A stretch of 58,617 nucleotides of DNA from Alphaproteobacteria bacterium (GCA_024279115.1 JAJRRW010000048.1:1-58617), one strand, 5' to 3'. Shown: positions 21,231 through 31,418, numbered from the stretch's first letter. Notes: generated by a model not told the origin, from the sequence alone. Program-made: numbers and translations.

Positions 21231-22225
21231 GGCCGGTCCTCCGATTGCCAATCCAGCAATGCCTGCTCCAGCCGTTGCCAATGCGCCTCGCTGCCCGGCA
21301 AACCAAAACGAAGGGCAGGAGGGTCGCCAAACAGGCGGGTCAAAATGGCCTGTCTGGCCAGAATATCATGCAGCCGTTCCGCATTTGGCGTTGGCACCCA
21401 TTGAAACAGATCGGTACCGCCGCCGGGGACAAGATCATGTTGCATGAGCATATTTTTCAGGCGCTGGCCGTTGATGCCGAGTTGCAGGCGGGTTTTTTGT
21501 TGCCAGTAATGATCGGTGAGGGCTTGGCGGGCGATGGTTCTGGATGGCCCAGCGATCGTCCACGGCCCCAGCAATTCAGCCAGAAATGTGAGGATAACGG
21601 GATGCGCGAATACAAACCCGACCCGCGCTCCGGCCAGTCCGAAAAACTTGCCTAGCGAGCGCAGGACAATGAGACCGGGGCGATCGCTTGAGCGCACCAG
21701 ACTTTGTTCGGGCGTGGTGTCCATAAAGGCCTCATCGACGATCAGCCAGCCCTCGCGCGTTTGCAAAGAGCGGTGCCAGTTGAGACAGTCATCCACGCCA
21801 AAACGAACGCCGGTTGGATTATTGGGATTGATCAGCACGACGACATCATGCTGCTCAACCGCGGCATTGATATCGCTGGCCGCAAAGCTGGTGACCGCAA
21901 AACCGGCTTCTTGCCAGGCATGTTTGTGCTCCGCGTAAGCCGGTTGCAAAATGGCGATACGCGCGCCTTTGGGACGCAGACGCGGCAGAGCCGAAATGGC
22001 CGCTTGTGAGCCGGCCACCGGTAGCACATTTCTGGTGCCATAATAGGTCTGGGCGGCTTGCATAAGGCCATCATTTTGCTGCGGCAAGCGGCCCCAGATC
22101 TGGGGGGCAATTGTGGTGATCGGCCAGGCGTGCGGGTTGATACCAGTGGAAAGGTCCATCCATTGCTGGACAGGGATTTTATATTTTTTAGCTGCCTCAA
22201 GCAGCTGGCCGCCATGTTCAAGCAA
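21227..22225 (-). CDS. cobD: L-threonine-O-3-phosphate decarboxylase
   Basis: [42 protein letters not shown] motif; TTG start at 22225 after AGGAGG. Confidence 0.92.
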   Translation of the reverse strand: MLEHGGQLLEAAKKYKIPVQQWMDLSTGINPHAWPITTIAPQIWGRLPQQNDGLMQAAQTYYGTRNVLPVAGSQAAISALPRLRPKGARIAILQPAYAEHKHAWQEAGFAVTSFAASDINAAVEQHDVVVLINPNNPTGVRFGVDDCLNWHRSLQTREGWLIVDEAFMDTTPEQSLVRSSDRPGLIVLRSLGKFFGLAGARVGFVFAHPVILTFLAELLGPWTIAGPSRTIARQALTDHYWQQKTRLQLGINGQRLKNMLMQHDLVPGGGTDLFQWVPTPNAERLHDILARQAILTRLFGDPPALRFGLPGSEAHWQRLEQALLDWQSEDRP

Positions 22226-23135
22226 GGAACAGTCCTCCTGCAATCATCAGGGCAACGGCGCTCCAGACAAGGAGGCCGCGCTGTAAAAGCGCGAGGCCTC
22301 GATGAATGTCTTGCGCCACTGGTTGTGCTCCTTTGCCAAGGGCCGGGCGCTGTTGCAAGGTGCCATGGTAAAGCGCCGGGCCGCCAAGCTGCAAGCTCAA
22401 AGCGCCAGCCCCTGATGACATGACGGGGCCGGCATTGGGGCTTTTCCAGCTGGGTGCCTGCGCGCGCCAGCAGGCAATGGCATTGTTGAAGCGACCGGTT
22501 AGCGCATAGGTCAGGGCAGTGAGCCGGGCGGGGACGAAATTGAGCACATCATCAAGCCGTGCGGCGGCCCGGCCAAAGTGCAAATAGCGCTTGGTGCGAT
22601 AGCCCCACATGGCGTCGAGCGTATTGGCAAGGCGGTAACATAAAGCGGCAGGGGCGCCGCCGATCACGAACCAGAACAGGGGCGCAAAGACCGCATCGCA
22701 GCCATTTTCAAGGGTTGATTCGATTGTCGCGCGCGACATGTCGCGCTCGCTCATGGCGCTGGTATCGCGGCTCACCAGATAGCTTGTGAAACGGCGCGCC
22801 TTCGCCGTGTTTCCAGAAGTAAGCGCCCGGCGCACCTGATCGGCATGTTCCACAAGGGAGCGCCCGCCAAGCGCCAGATAGAGGATGAGCACCTCGAACA
22901 AAAATGGCGAGGGCAGATAGTGGGCGATCAAAAAGGTGAGCAGTGTCGCTGGACCAATGAGGAAAATGACCGCCATCAGACCGGTGCCAAGCCCGGCCCG
23001 TTCTTGCACATTGAATTTTTGTTCGATCAGAGCCGTCAGCCTGCCAAAGCCCACCAGCGGATGCCAGCGCTTTGGTTCGCCAAATATCTGATCGAGTAGA
23101 AGGGCGGTGACCATAGCCATCATGGTTGTGATCAT
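22218..23135 (-). CDS. cbiB: Adenosylcobinamide-phosphate synthase
   Basis: GEPKRWHPLVGFG, LVSRDT, ESTLEN, NTLDAMWGY, SPNAG. Confidence 0.95.
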   Translation of the reverse strand: MITTMMAMVTALLLDQIFGEPKRWHPLVGFGRLTALIEQKFNVQERAGLGTGLMAVIFLIGPATLLTFLIAHYLPSPFLFEVLILYLALGGRSLVEHADQVRRALTSGNTAKARRFTSYLVSRDTSAMSERDMSRATIESTLENGCDAVFAPLFWFVIGGAPAALCYRLANTLDAMWGYRTKRYLHFGRAAARLDDVLNFVPARLTALTYALTGRFNNAIACWRAQAPSWKSPNAGPVMSSGAGALSLQLGGPALYHGTLQQRPALGKGAQPVAQDIHRGLALLQRGLLVWSAVALMIAGGLFLA

Positions 23136-23803
23136 TGTGGCTCTCCCCCCAGCGGCCAGCGGTCAGTGAACAATAGTTTTTCCAGAGGCTTTTGGTTGCG
23201 CCAGCCCTCGTTGACCAGCATCGGTTTATCATAAAATTCAGTAACAGGCCCAATGCATAACAGGGCAATCGGCAGCGCATCTATCGGGCAATGCAGCAGC
23301 GCGCCAAGCTTTTGGGGGTCAAACAAGGACACCCAGCCCAGCCCGATATTTTCGGCCCGCGCCGCCAGCCACATATTTTCAATGGCGCAAGCCGCCGAGC
23401 ACAAAGCCATTTCACGGGGCAGGGTGCGCCGCCCCAAAAGCGTGCCATCATCAGGGGCCAGCACCACGGCGACCAGCTGCGCACAAGAGCGAACCCCGTC
23501 CAGTTTCAGCTTGAGAAACTGTTCTTTGCGCGCGCCAATCTCATTGGCGGTGGCCTGGATTTCCGCATCCACCAGCTCGGCAATGGCTTCGCGTACTTGA
23601 TCATTTTGCACCTGGATAAACCGCCAGGGCTGCATGAGGCCAACCGAGGGGGCCAGATTTGCCGCTTCAAACAGGCGCCCCATGACGTCAGGGGCGACAC
23701 TGGCATCGGCGATGAAATGGCGCATGTCACGGCGCGCCGCCAGCACCTTGTGCAAGATGGCTCGTTCCTTGGCGCTAAAAATGATCTGCTTGCTGTTGGC
23801 CAT
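23132..23803 (-). CDS. bluB: 5,6-dimethylbenzimidazole synthase
   Basis: RRDMRHF, APSVGLMQPWRF, CAIENMWLAARAE.IGLGWVS. Confidence 0.93.
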   Translation of the reverse strand: MANSKQIIFSAKERAILHKVLAARRDMRHFIADASVAPDVMGRLFEAANLAPSVGLMQPWRFIQVQNDQVREAIAELVDAEIQATANEIGARKEQFLKLKLDGVRSCAQLVAVVLAPDDGTLLGRRTLPREMALCSAACAIENMWLAARAENIGLGWVSLFDPQKLGALLHCPIDALPIALLCIGPVTEFYDKPMLVNEGWRNQKPLEKLLFTDRWPLGGEPQ

Positions 23804-23809
23804 GATGTC

Positions 23810-24151
23810 TTAGCTTAGGTTTTTTGATCTGTGATAAATCAGCTCTTCAACGGGGACGCCATTGACGAGATGTTCGCTGATGATGCGATCAAGATTGGCT
23901 TCGGTGACATTATAATACCAGATGCCGTCGGGTTGAATGGACAGCACCGGACCCGATTTACAGGTGGCAAAACAATGGGTGCGGGTGCGCTTGACCCGCA
24001 GGGCCCCCTTGTTGATGCCCGCGTCGCGAAATTTCTCGCCGAGCATTTGCAACAGGCTTTCTGATTCTCCCTCCTCGGTACAGCGGGGGCCAACACACAC
24101 CAGCATATGGCGGTGATAATCCATCATGGCAGGTTTTTCCAAGTCACTCAT
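23810..24151 (-). CDS. Thioredoxin-like [2Fe-2S] ferredoxin (CbiW-like)
   Basis: LVCVGPRC...CFATCKSGP...PDGIWY motif; inside the cob operon. Confidence 0.85.
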   Translation of the reverse strand: MSDLEKPAMMDYHRHMLVCVGPRCTEEGESESLLQMLGEKFRDAGINKGALRVKRTRTHCFATCKSGPVLSIQPDGIWYYNVTEANLDRIISEHLVNGVPVEELIYHRSKNLS

Positions 24152-25515
24152 TGATCTGATGTCTCCAATTGTCTGGGGCTGGGTTGTTGGGTCGTCCAGA
24201 AAGTTTCAAACGCTTGCAGGGCCGCTTCATTAAATTGCTGATCGGTGCGCATCAGCGATATGTTGAAAACGGCATGCCCGTGAATGTCGGTGAAAAAGGC
24301 GCTGCGATAGCTGTCGTCCCGGCGTACCAGCGTGACCTTCGCGACCGATGGCCAGTTGATATGCAGATGGAAATGCTCGTTCTCGATGCTCAGCCAATCG
24401 TTTTTTTGCACCAGCTCTTTGGCCTGTATGGTCAGCTCGCTAATGGCTCCGGCTTGTGACCGAACAACCGCGCGCAACGAGCCCCATTTTTTGGCCGCTT
24501 CAATGATGGCGAGCGCCTCCCCCTCAATCGCCAAAGCATCAAACGCGCCCGCTTTGTCATCGTCGCTGCCGGCGCTGATGGCCTCCAGGATTTGCCCCAG
24601 TGGCGCATTGAAATGTTCGGCCACATTACGCAGGGTATGAAACTCGCCATTGCGCATATATTCGCGCACCACCCCATGCCAGCCGGTCAGTCCCATGGAG
24701 AGCGAGCGGCCTTTTTGCTCGCCGTCAAGAGCATCGCCGGTAATGCCGGCATATTTATTGGCGTAACCGCGCGGCGTGATCATCAAGCCATTTTGCATAA
24801 AGGTGCTGCTATTACCGATCAGCACCGTTGTCAGCATGCCGATTTCACAACCGCTCATCTGGTCAAGGCGCACCATCTGAATGCTTTGGCGGCGGCGATA
24901 GGCAGATTTGACAATGGCGACGGGGGTCTCTGGCTTGCGGTGACGCAACAAGATTTCCTGGGCCTGCTCGATCTGTCCATGGCGGCGGCTGCTCTTTGGG
25001 TTGTAAAGCGCAATGACGAAATCACTGGCGCCAACGGCATCAAGACGTTTGGCGATGGTCGGCCACGGGGTCAGCAGGTCCGACAGGGAAATCGAGCAAA
25101 AATCATGGGTGAGGGGCGCGCCAACCAGCGAGGCACAAGCGCTCAGTGCCGTTGCCCCTGGAATGATTTCCACCGTAATGTCGCTGTCGGGCGTCCAACC
25201 CTCTTGCAGTAACACCTCAAAGGTTGGCCCCGCCATGCCATAGACGCCAATATCGCCCGATGATATGAGCGCCACGGTTTTGCCCAGCTTGGCCTGGTCA
25301 TAGGCTTCGATACAGCGATCAATTTCTGCGGTCATGCCCTTGCGGATAATTTCCTTGCCCACCAGCAGGTCTTTTACCAGCTTGATATAGGTGGAATAGC
25401 CGATGATCACATCGGCTTCCTCCATGGCCTCGAGGGCGCGCAAGCTCATATGTTCCTTGGCACCGGGGCCAAATCCCACCAGCAGGATCTTGCCAGGCGT
25501 CTTGTTCGTACTCAT
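24148..25515 (-). CDS. cbiH: Cobalt-precorrin-3/precorrin-3B C17-methyltransferase with C-terminal HutX/ChuX-like domain
   Basis: VGFGPG, SSGDIGVYGMAG, HDFCSISLSDLLTPW, LYNPKS, ITPRGY in the first ~255 aa; extra ~175 aa domain follows. Confidence 0.9.
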   Translation of the reverse strand: MSTNKTPGKILLVGFGPGAKEHMSLRALEAMEEADVIIGYSTYIKLVKDLLVGKEIIRKGMTAEIDRCIEAYDQAKLGKTVALISSGDIGVYGMAGPTFEVLLQEGWTPDSDITVEIIPGATALSACASLVGAPLTHDFCSISLSDLLTPWPTIAKRLDAVGASDFVIALYNPKSSRRHGQIEQAQEILLRHRKPETPVAIVKSAYRRRQSIQMVRLDQMSGCEIGMLTTVLIGNSSTFMQNGLMITPRGYANKYAGITGDALDGEQKGRSLSMGLTGWHGVVREYMRNGEFHTLRNVAEHFNAPLGQILEAISAGSDDDKAGAFDALAIEGEALAIIEAAKKWGSLRAVVRSQAGAISELTIQAKELVQKNDWLSIENEHFHLHINWPSVAKVTLVRRDDSYRSAFFTDIHGHAVFNISLMRTDQQFNEAALQAFETFWTTQQPSPRQLETSDQ

Positions 25516-25913
25516 GCTTGTTCCTTCAGTCTGACAATGGAGACGGTGGCGTTTTTGCCATCCGCTCCTTTATGTTTGAATTTTTCCACCAGCAAATCGC
25601 TCATATCAGTGTTGGCGGCGAGAATGGCAGCCGCTTCGGATACGGCGGGCGTGCCCATATATTTGCGCACCACTTCAGAGGGATTGGGCACCTGTACTTT
25701 CGCCAATTGACTGGCGCAGAAAAACTGCAACGGCCAGCCGTGATCATCTGACAGCGCCAGCAAAGCCACCTCGTCATTTTTCTTGTCGATGGTGGCCAGG
25801 GAACTGACCGCGCTACGGGGCAGTTTGATCGTGGCCAGCGCCAGATCAATGGCCGCTTCCAATGTCGCTTTTGGTGTGCCGCGATCACAGCCCATGCCAA
25901 GGATGACTTTCAT
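25512..25913 (-). CDS. CbiG C-terminal domain / CobE-like protein
   Basis: LGMGCDRG, TIDKK.DE, PSEVV....GTPAVSEAAA; start ATG 25913. Confidence 0.85.
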   Translation of the reverse strand: MKVILGMGCDRGTPKATLEAAIDLALATIKLPRSAVSSLATIDKKNDEVALLALSDDHGWPLQFFCASQLAKVQVPNPSEVVRKYMGTPAVSEAAAILAANTDMSDLLVEKFKHKGADGKNATVSIVRLKEQA

Positions 25914-25915
25914 GC

Positions 25916-26659
25916 TTATTGTCCTTGCGGCGGGCGATAGACAATCAGGCGCTCCTTCATGTCGTCCCACATGGATTGCGGAACTTCCTTTTGGGTGATC
26001 CACAAAACGCTTTTGTGAGCGTCCAGATCTACATCGGCAAAGCGCTCGAACAAATGGATGTTTTTGGGTAAGGGGGTTGTTAGTTTCCACCAGTCCTTTG
26101 AGCCACATTCTTGTACCAGCGCCACGGGTTCGTCATTGACCACATGCGCCGAGACGCGAATGAGGTTCCATTTCGGGGCTTCGATTTTCCAGCCAAGCTC
26201 GCGCCCCAATATATCAACGGCGATGGTTTTGCGCGCATCAGAGGCGGTGGTAAGGACGGCACGGGCGCCTAAAATAGCGGCCAGTTGTTCGGCAAATTCA
26301 TTGGCGCCCCCGACATGGCCGGACAGCACCGGGATGACATATTGCGCGGCATCATCCACCACCAGCACGCCAGGGTCCACTTCCTTGCCTTTGAGATGGG
26401 GGGCTATAAGCCGCACAACGGCCCCCAGCGAGACAAAGAAAACGATCTGGTCAAACTGTTCGAACAAGGCGCCGACCTGCGCTTTGCTGGGACCTTCATA
26501 GGCGTGTAGCCGCTCTTTGAACTCCGCGAAATTTTCCGCAAATTTTATAGGCACGGCAATGGTTGCGTCCGGCAGCTCGCCGGCTGCTTTTTTGACGAGT
26601 TCGCAGCCATGCTTGGTGATGGCCAGTAGCGCGATTTTTTGGGACTGGGGATCGGTCAT
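25916..26659 (-). CDS. cbiG: Cobalt-precorrin-5A hydrolase, N-terminal and middle domains
   Basis: GAVVRLIAPHL.GK..DPGVLVVD, LSGHVGGAN, TTASD. Confidence 0.92.
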   Translation of the reverse strand: MTDPQSQKIALLAITKHGCELVKKAAGELPDATIAVPIKFAENFAEFKERLHAYEGPSKAQVGALFEQFDQIVFFVSLGAVVRLIAPHLKGKEVDPGVLVVDDAAQYVIPVLSGHVGGANEFAEQLAAILGARAVLTTASDARKTIAVDILGRELGWKIEAPKWNLIRVSAHVVNDEPVALVQECGSKDWWKLTTPLPKNIHLFERFADVDLDAHKSVLWITQKEVPQSMWDDMKERLIVYRPPQGQ

Positions 26660-27446
26660 GCGTTTATTACACTTTCTTTATCGCTCGTGCTCACAGATTT
26701 TTTGCGGCAACCGCGCAGGATTTCACCGCGTTCACGGTGTGGATTTTTAACCAGCATCAAGGACAGATAATTGACGGTTTGGCCCTTGAGTGCGCAGACA
26801 TTGCGCACCACGCGCTCTTCGAGACTACCGGCTTTTTCGATAAAGGCGGCGTGTTCAACAAGGCCACGTTTTTCCAGCAAAGCGATGATCTCGTCGAGTA
26901 GCGGTTTGACCTTCATCAGCACCAGCGTGTCGAACTCATTGAGCAATTGATCAATGGTCTCGATGCCATAATTGGCCGGGATCACCGCCATTTTATCGTC
27001 GACCTCTGTGAGCGGAAATTGCAACCGGGCAGCGGCGGCATTAAACGAAGAAACCCCGGCAATGGTTTCAATTTCGATGTCTGCATCCATGGCGGTGACA
27101 TGTCGCGCCAGATGACCAAAGGTCGAATAGGTAGAGGCATCGCCCTCGACCAGAAACATCACGTCTTGCCCGGTGCTTAACACCTCCAGCACCTTTTGCG
27201 CCGCTCGTTGGCGAAATTTGCCAAGCTTGCTTTCATCATGGGTCATGGGAAAAACCAGCGGGCAATGATCACCGGGGGGGTAAGTCCGGCGCGGGTGGCG
27301 ATATTCAAGGCGTAGCTATGGCTTTTTGAATTGCGCACCGGATAGGTCCAATAGGCCGATTGTTGCAGCAAGGCAAAAGCGCGCCGCGTGATAAGATCAG
27401 GATCGCCGGGGCCTACCGAGACGCCGTATAGTTTTCCGCACCTCAT
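26656..27446 (-). CDS. cbiL: Cobalt-precorrin-2 C20-methyltransferase, split by a 1-nt deletion in the C7 run at 27274-27280
   Basis: GKLYGVSVGPGDPDLITRRA in one frame, FPMTHD..EGDASTYSTF..GVSSF..LMKV..YLSL in the next; one extra C restores LTPPGDHCPLVFPMTHD. Confidence 0.88.
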
Positions 27447-28774
27447 TGGCTGTGCTCCTTTTTTTGTTGCGCACTGATGATCCACACGAGATTTTCTGCC
27501 GCAAAGCGGTGCATGTGCAAGATGGGGCGCGAACGAGACACCTGCATTTGCGTGACGTCCCAGTCGACCCCAAGCTCTTTGAGCGTGTCCGTCGCCACAG
27601 ACAGGTTTTCGATGGTGACAAAATTCATGATCAAGGTGCCATCTGGTTTCAGGCGCGTCATGATAAGGCGAATAAGGTCGCTCAGATTGCCGCCAGAGCC
27701 ACCGATAAAAACGGCATCAGGGTCCGGCCATTGATCGAGACCGTCAGGGGCTTTACTGTGCAAGAGGCAATAATTGTGAACGCCAAGGTGGCGGCGATTT
27801 TGTTCAGCAATCCTTGCATCCGCCTCGTTTTTTTCGATGGCGTAGATATAGCCATCACGGGCGATACGGGCGGCTTCCAGACCAACAGAACCAGAGCCAG
27901 CGCCAATATCCCAGACGATACTATCGCGGCGCAATTGCATGCGGGCCAGCGAGACGGCACGCACTTCTCGTTTGGTGATCAGGCCCTTGTCTGGTTTGCG
28001 CTGGGCAAAGCGATCATCCGCCAAGCCAAAGAGCACGCCATTTGGCTTGGCCTTTGCGCGCCAGAGCAGCACCATATTGGGATCGGCAAATTGGTGTTCG
28101 GCAGCTTGCTTGATGGTCAGATCGGTAATGAGGCGCTCGCTGTCACGCAAGATATGCTCAACCACTGCTATTTGAAAGTCCTCTTGCAGGTCTTGCGCCA
28201 CCAACATGCGGGCAATCCGGTCGGGTGTATTTTCGGGACTGGTAAAAATGGCCATGCGGTCATGATGTTGCGCTGCATGCAAAACAGGATAGAGGCCATG
28301 ATCAAGGCCCCTGGCGCGGTCCCATTCCCCTGCATCCTTGCTATGTACCGAGACAATTTCAAGCTCGTTCCAGGGGATGCCAAGACGCGCGCAGGCCAGT
28401 TGCACCATCGACAGGTTCGGCAAGATTTCAAAGGCCTCAATGCATAGGCGGGATTGTAAAAAACCGGCAATGCCGTGGCACAAGGGGTCGCCGGTGGCCA
28501 GCACCACCACGCGTTTACCAGCGGCTTGGGCGCCTCTAATCCAACCGGGTACCTTCATCAAACTGCCGGTCAGGTCCAGGCTTTGACAATCACTGGTCAA
28601 TATTGTCTCGAACAGTTTGAGCGTGCGGGTGCCGCCAATCACCAGATCGGCTGCTTTGATATGATCAAGCATCCGATCGGTGAGGCCCGCTGCGCCATCA
28701 TCATGCACGCCGATGATACGGCACGGGGTAATGGTCGGCGCATCAAGAGACATCTGGTCCGTTGGCTGGTTCAT
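27443..28774 (-). CDS. cbiE: Bifunctional C5,C15-methyltransferase CbiE/CbiT (CobL-like)
   Basis: LATGDPLCHG N-domain; ITKREVRAVSL, WDIGAGSGSVG, FIGGSGG C-domain. Confidence 0.93.
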   Translation of the reverse strand: MNQPTDQMSLDAPTITPCRIIGVHDDGAAGLTDRMLDHIKAADLVIGGTRTLKLFETILTSDCQSLDLTGSLMKVPGWIRGAQAAGKRVVVLATGDPLCHGIAGFLQSRLCIEAFEILPNLSMVQLACARLGIPWNELEIVSVHSKDAGEWDRARGLDHGLYPVLHAAQHHDRMAIFTSPENTPDRIARMLVAQDLQEDFQIAVVEHILRDSERLITDLTIKQAAEHQFADPNMVLLWRAKAKPNGVLFGLADDRFAQRKPDKGLITKREVRAVSLARMQLRRDSIVWDIGAGSGSVGLEAARIARDGYIYAIEKNEADARIAEQNRRHLGVHNYCLLHSKAPDGLDQWPDPDAVFIGGSGGNLSDLIRLIMTRLKPDGTLIMNFVTIENLSVATDTLKELGVDWDVTQMQVSRSRPILHMHRFAAENLVWIISAQQKKEHSQ

Positions 28775-29892
28775 TGATCGCCCCCTTGTGAACTGGCTTG
28801 CGCCACCTGCGCGCCTTTGAAATCGCTGACCAGAACCTGCAACGTAAATTTATTGGGATAGCGCCCCATTAAAGTATCAATGACCTTATCGGCCACTGCT
28901 TGCTGGAAGGCTATATCCAGCCCCAAAGGTTCGAGGCGTTCGACGGCGAAACGGGCGGTGATGGCTGTACCAATTTCCTTGCAGATATCCTCATCGACCC
29001 CCAGCTCGCTGGCGATCTCGGCGAGCATTTGCGTGTTGACCTTGGAGCGTCCGGCATGGGTGATGGTTTCCCCTTGGGCGATCTTGGTGAGCTTGCCGAT
29101 CATGCCGCCAATGATGACATGCTTGATGCCTTGCTTGACGGAGGTATCTAGCGCATAGCGCAAAAAGTCGCCCATTTGCACGAAGCAGACGGGGGGCAGG
29201 TGCGATAGTTGTTTTATGACGAATTGTTCGGTGCGCCCGCCGGTGGTCAGCACGATGGTATCTTCGCCATTGGCTTTGGCAACTTCAATGCCCTGAATGA
29301 CGCTGGCCCGAAATGCAACGGTTGAATAGGGGCGCACAATGCCCGTGGTGCCAAGGATAGATATGCCGCCCAATATGCCAAGGCGGGCATTGATGGAACG
29401 GGTCGCCATGATCTCGCCGTCGGGTACTGAAATGGTCACTTCCAGCCCTTGCTTTTGCAAAATCTTGTCTCCGGCGGAGCGGACATTTTCTTCGATATTT
29501 TGACGTGGTACAGGGTTGATGGCGGGGCCACCGACTTCCAGACCAAGCCCCGTCAGGGTGACGGTGCCGACCCCTTGCCCCCCTTTGAGGCGCACTTCGC
29601 CGCTGGCATCGGGTAACAGGCAGACATCGGCGGTGAGGTGGGCTTTATCCGTGCAATCTGGATCGTCCCCCGCATCCTTGATGACCACGGCATGGGCGCA
29701 ATTATCATTTAGTCGGGCTTCAATGACTGCGAATTTGACGAGCTGACCATTGGGTAATTTGCACTCAATGTGATCGGGGATTTGTCCCGTTGCCAGTCCT
29801 TGCGTGGCCGCTTTTGCCGCCGCCGCCGAACAGGCCCCGGTGGTAAAACCCGTGCGATCGCCGCGTTTCCTTTTTTTGGGTTTAGTGGCCAC
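28771..29892 (-). CDS. cbiD: Cobalt-precorrin-5B C1-methyltransferase
   Basis: GFTTGACSAAAAKAA, KDAGDDPD.T, AINPVPR, RLGILGGISILGTTGIV. Confidence 0.96.
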   Translation of the reverse strand: MATKPKKRKRGDRTGFTTGACSAAAAKAATQGLATGQIPDHIECKLPNGQLVKFAVIEARLNDNCAHAVVIKDAGDDPDCTDKAHLTADVCLLPDASGEVRLKGGQGVGTVTLTGLGLEVGGPAINPVPRQNIEENVRSAGDKILQKQGLEVTISVPDGEIMATRSINARLGILGGISILGTTGIVRPYSTVAFRASVIQGIEVAKANGEDTIVLTTGGRTEQFVIKQLSHLPPVCFVQMGDFLRYALDTSVKQGIKHVIIGGMIGKLTKIAQGETITHAGRSKVNTQMLAEIASELGVDEDICKEIGTAITARFAVERLEPLGLDIAFQQAVADKVIDTLMGRYPNKFTLQVLVSDFKGAQVAQASSQGGDQ

Positions 29893-30561
29893 CTAGCTCG
29901 CCTTTTGTTTGGTTTCGGCCAAAGCCAGAAGCGCATGAAGGGCGGCAACCACCAGCGTTGAGCCGCCTTTGCGGCCCCGCGTGATCATCCAGGGAATATC
30001 GGTTAACTTCGCCAGGGCGTCTTTTGATTCTTGCGCTGACACAAATCCAACGGGCATGCCGACAATGAGCGCCGGCTTGACCCCTTCGTCCTTGATCAGG
30101 CGGATCATTTCGAGCAGCGCGGTGGGGGCATTGCCAACGGCGATGATGCCCCCCTCCAGCAAGCGTAGATTTTGCGCCTTTCGCATGGCCTGTACGGCTC
30201 TTGTGGTGTTTTCGGCCTTGGCAGTATTGATGACGTCTGCATCGGAAATAAAATGATGCGGCACGACGCCAAAATGCGCCAGACGCGGTTTTGACAGCCC
30301 GACGCAAATCATCTCTACATCGGCGACAATGGCGGCTCCGCTCATCAGGGCGTCAAGTCCAGCGCTCACGCAATCACCGTGAAATTCAGCAAGGCCGTTA
30401 AACTCGAAATCGGCCGTGGCGTGGATCATGCGGCGCACGATCTGCCATTGTGCCTCGCTGTAGTTTCCGCGCTCACCGGCCTCACGGTCGACAATCGCGA
30501 AACTGTCATGCTCGATTTTTTGCCCGGCTTTGGTTAGCTGTTCGGTGATCACATTGCTCAT
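29893..30561 (-). CDS. cbiC: Precorrin-8X methylmutase
   Basis: RRMIHATADF, VGNAPTALL, GMPVGFV, GRKGGS. Confidence 0.95.
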   Translation of the reverse strand: MSNVITEQLTKAGQKIEHDSFAIVDREAGERGNYSEAQWQIVRRMIHATADFEFNGLAEFHGDCVSAGLDALMSGAAIVADVEMICVGLSKPRLAHFGVVPHHFISDADVINTAKAENTTRAVQAMRKAQNLRLLEGGIIAVGNAPTALLEMIRLIKDEGVKPALIVGMPVGFVSAQESKDALAKLTDIPWMITRGRKGGSTLVVAALHALLALAETKQKAS

Positions 30562-31418
30562 GTCACGGCCTCCTCTTGCGGGTGATTATGGTCATGGTCA
30601 TGGTGGTGATGGTGCTGATAATTTTCGCCGTGCTGCTGGTAGTGCGCTTCCGTGTCATTGTTATAGTCGTTTGCCATGGCTTCAAGAACGCGCTCATCAA
30701 GCAGCTGGTAGATTTCATCTTCAAAGCCGAAATTATCGGCCAAAGCAAAACTGATCTGCGGATACTGGTTTTGCAGACGGGCCAGCTGTTGTTTGATGCG
30801 CTCCATCAAGGTGCCGGAAAACAGATAATAGGGCAGCACAGAAATTTGCATCATGCCCAGCTTTATCTGGCGTTGCACAGCCGTTTCAAGGCGCGGAAAG
30901 CTGATGCCCGTAAAGGCGGGGTCCACCAGCTCGTGCTGGCTTTCTTCAAACAAATAGCGCGCCAGCTTGGCATTTTCGCCATTGGCGTCGCGATCAGAGG
31001 AGCCGCGTCCCAGTAAAATAATGCCGGTGGTTGTTGGATCGGGCATGTCCATCTCCAGCATCACCTTGCGCAGATTTCGCTTGAGAATGGCCAGCATTTT
31101 ATCATTGGCACCGAGATGGCGCGCAGAGATGAAATCGATCTCTGGAGGTCTTTGGCGGGCCTTGTCCATATGATGGGGGATTTCCATTTTCACATGCCCG
31201 GCGGCATTGAGAATAAGCGGCACGACAATCACCCGGCCCCCGTTTTTGGCGGCCTTGTCCAGTCCGGCATCGAGCAGCACGGGCGCGAACTCGATAAAGC
31301 ACAGCTCGATTTGCCATACGGGATTGCGGGTGCGCCAGATCTGCGTAAATTTTTCTATTTCTCGATTGCCAGCCTTGAAACGTGAGCCATGACCGACGAG
31401 CAGGATAGTGGTGTTCAT
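30558..31418 (-). CDS. cbiX: Sirohydrochlorin cobaltochelatase, long form with His-rich tail
   Basis: LVGHGSR, AAGHVK.EIP, duplicated domain LLGRGSSD, C-terminal HHHHHDHDHNH. Confidence 0.9.
   Translation of the reverse strand: MNTTILLVGHGSRFKAGNREIEKFTQIWRTRNPVWQIELCFIEFAPVLLDAGLDKAAKNGGRVIVVPLILNAAGHVKMEIPHHMDKARQRPPEIDFISARHLGANDKMLAILKRNLRKVMLEMDMPDPTTTGIILLGRGSSDRDANGENAKLARYLFEESQHELVDPAFTGISFPRLETAVQRQIKLGMMQISVLPYYLFSGTLMERIKQQLARLQNQYPQISFALADNFGFEDEIYQLLDERVLEAMANDYNNDTEAHYQQHGENYQHHHHHDHDHNHPQEEAVT

Noticed and set aside
25512..26659. Split cbiG as another frameshift
   Set aside because: The first ORF ends cleanly with TAA and the second starts with its own ATG 2 nt later; separate CbiG-N and CbiG-C/CobE genes are a known arrangement.
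26656..27446. Calling cbiL, ccmB and COG4223 pseudogenes
   Set aside because: Each has only one homopolymer indel with otherwise intact motifs in intact operons; sequencing error is more parsimonious.
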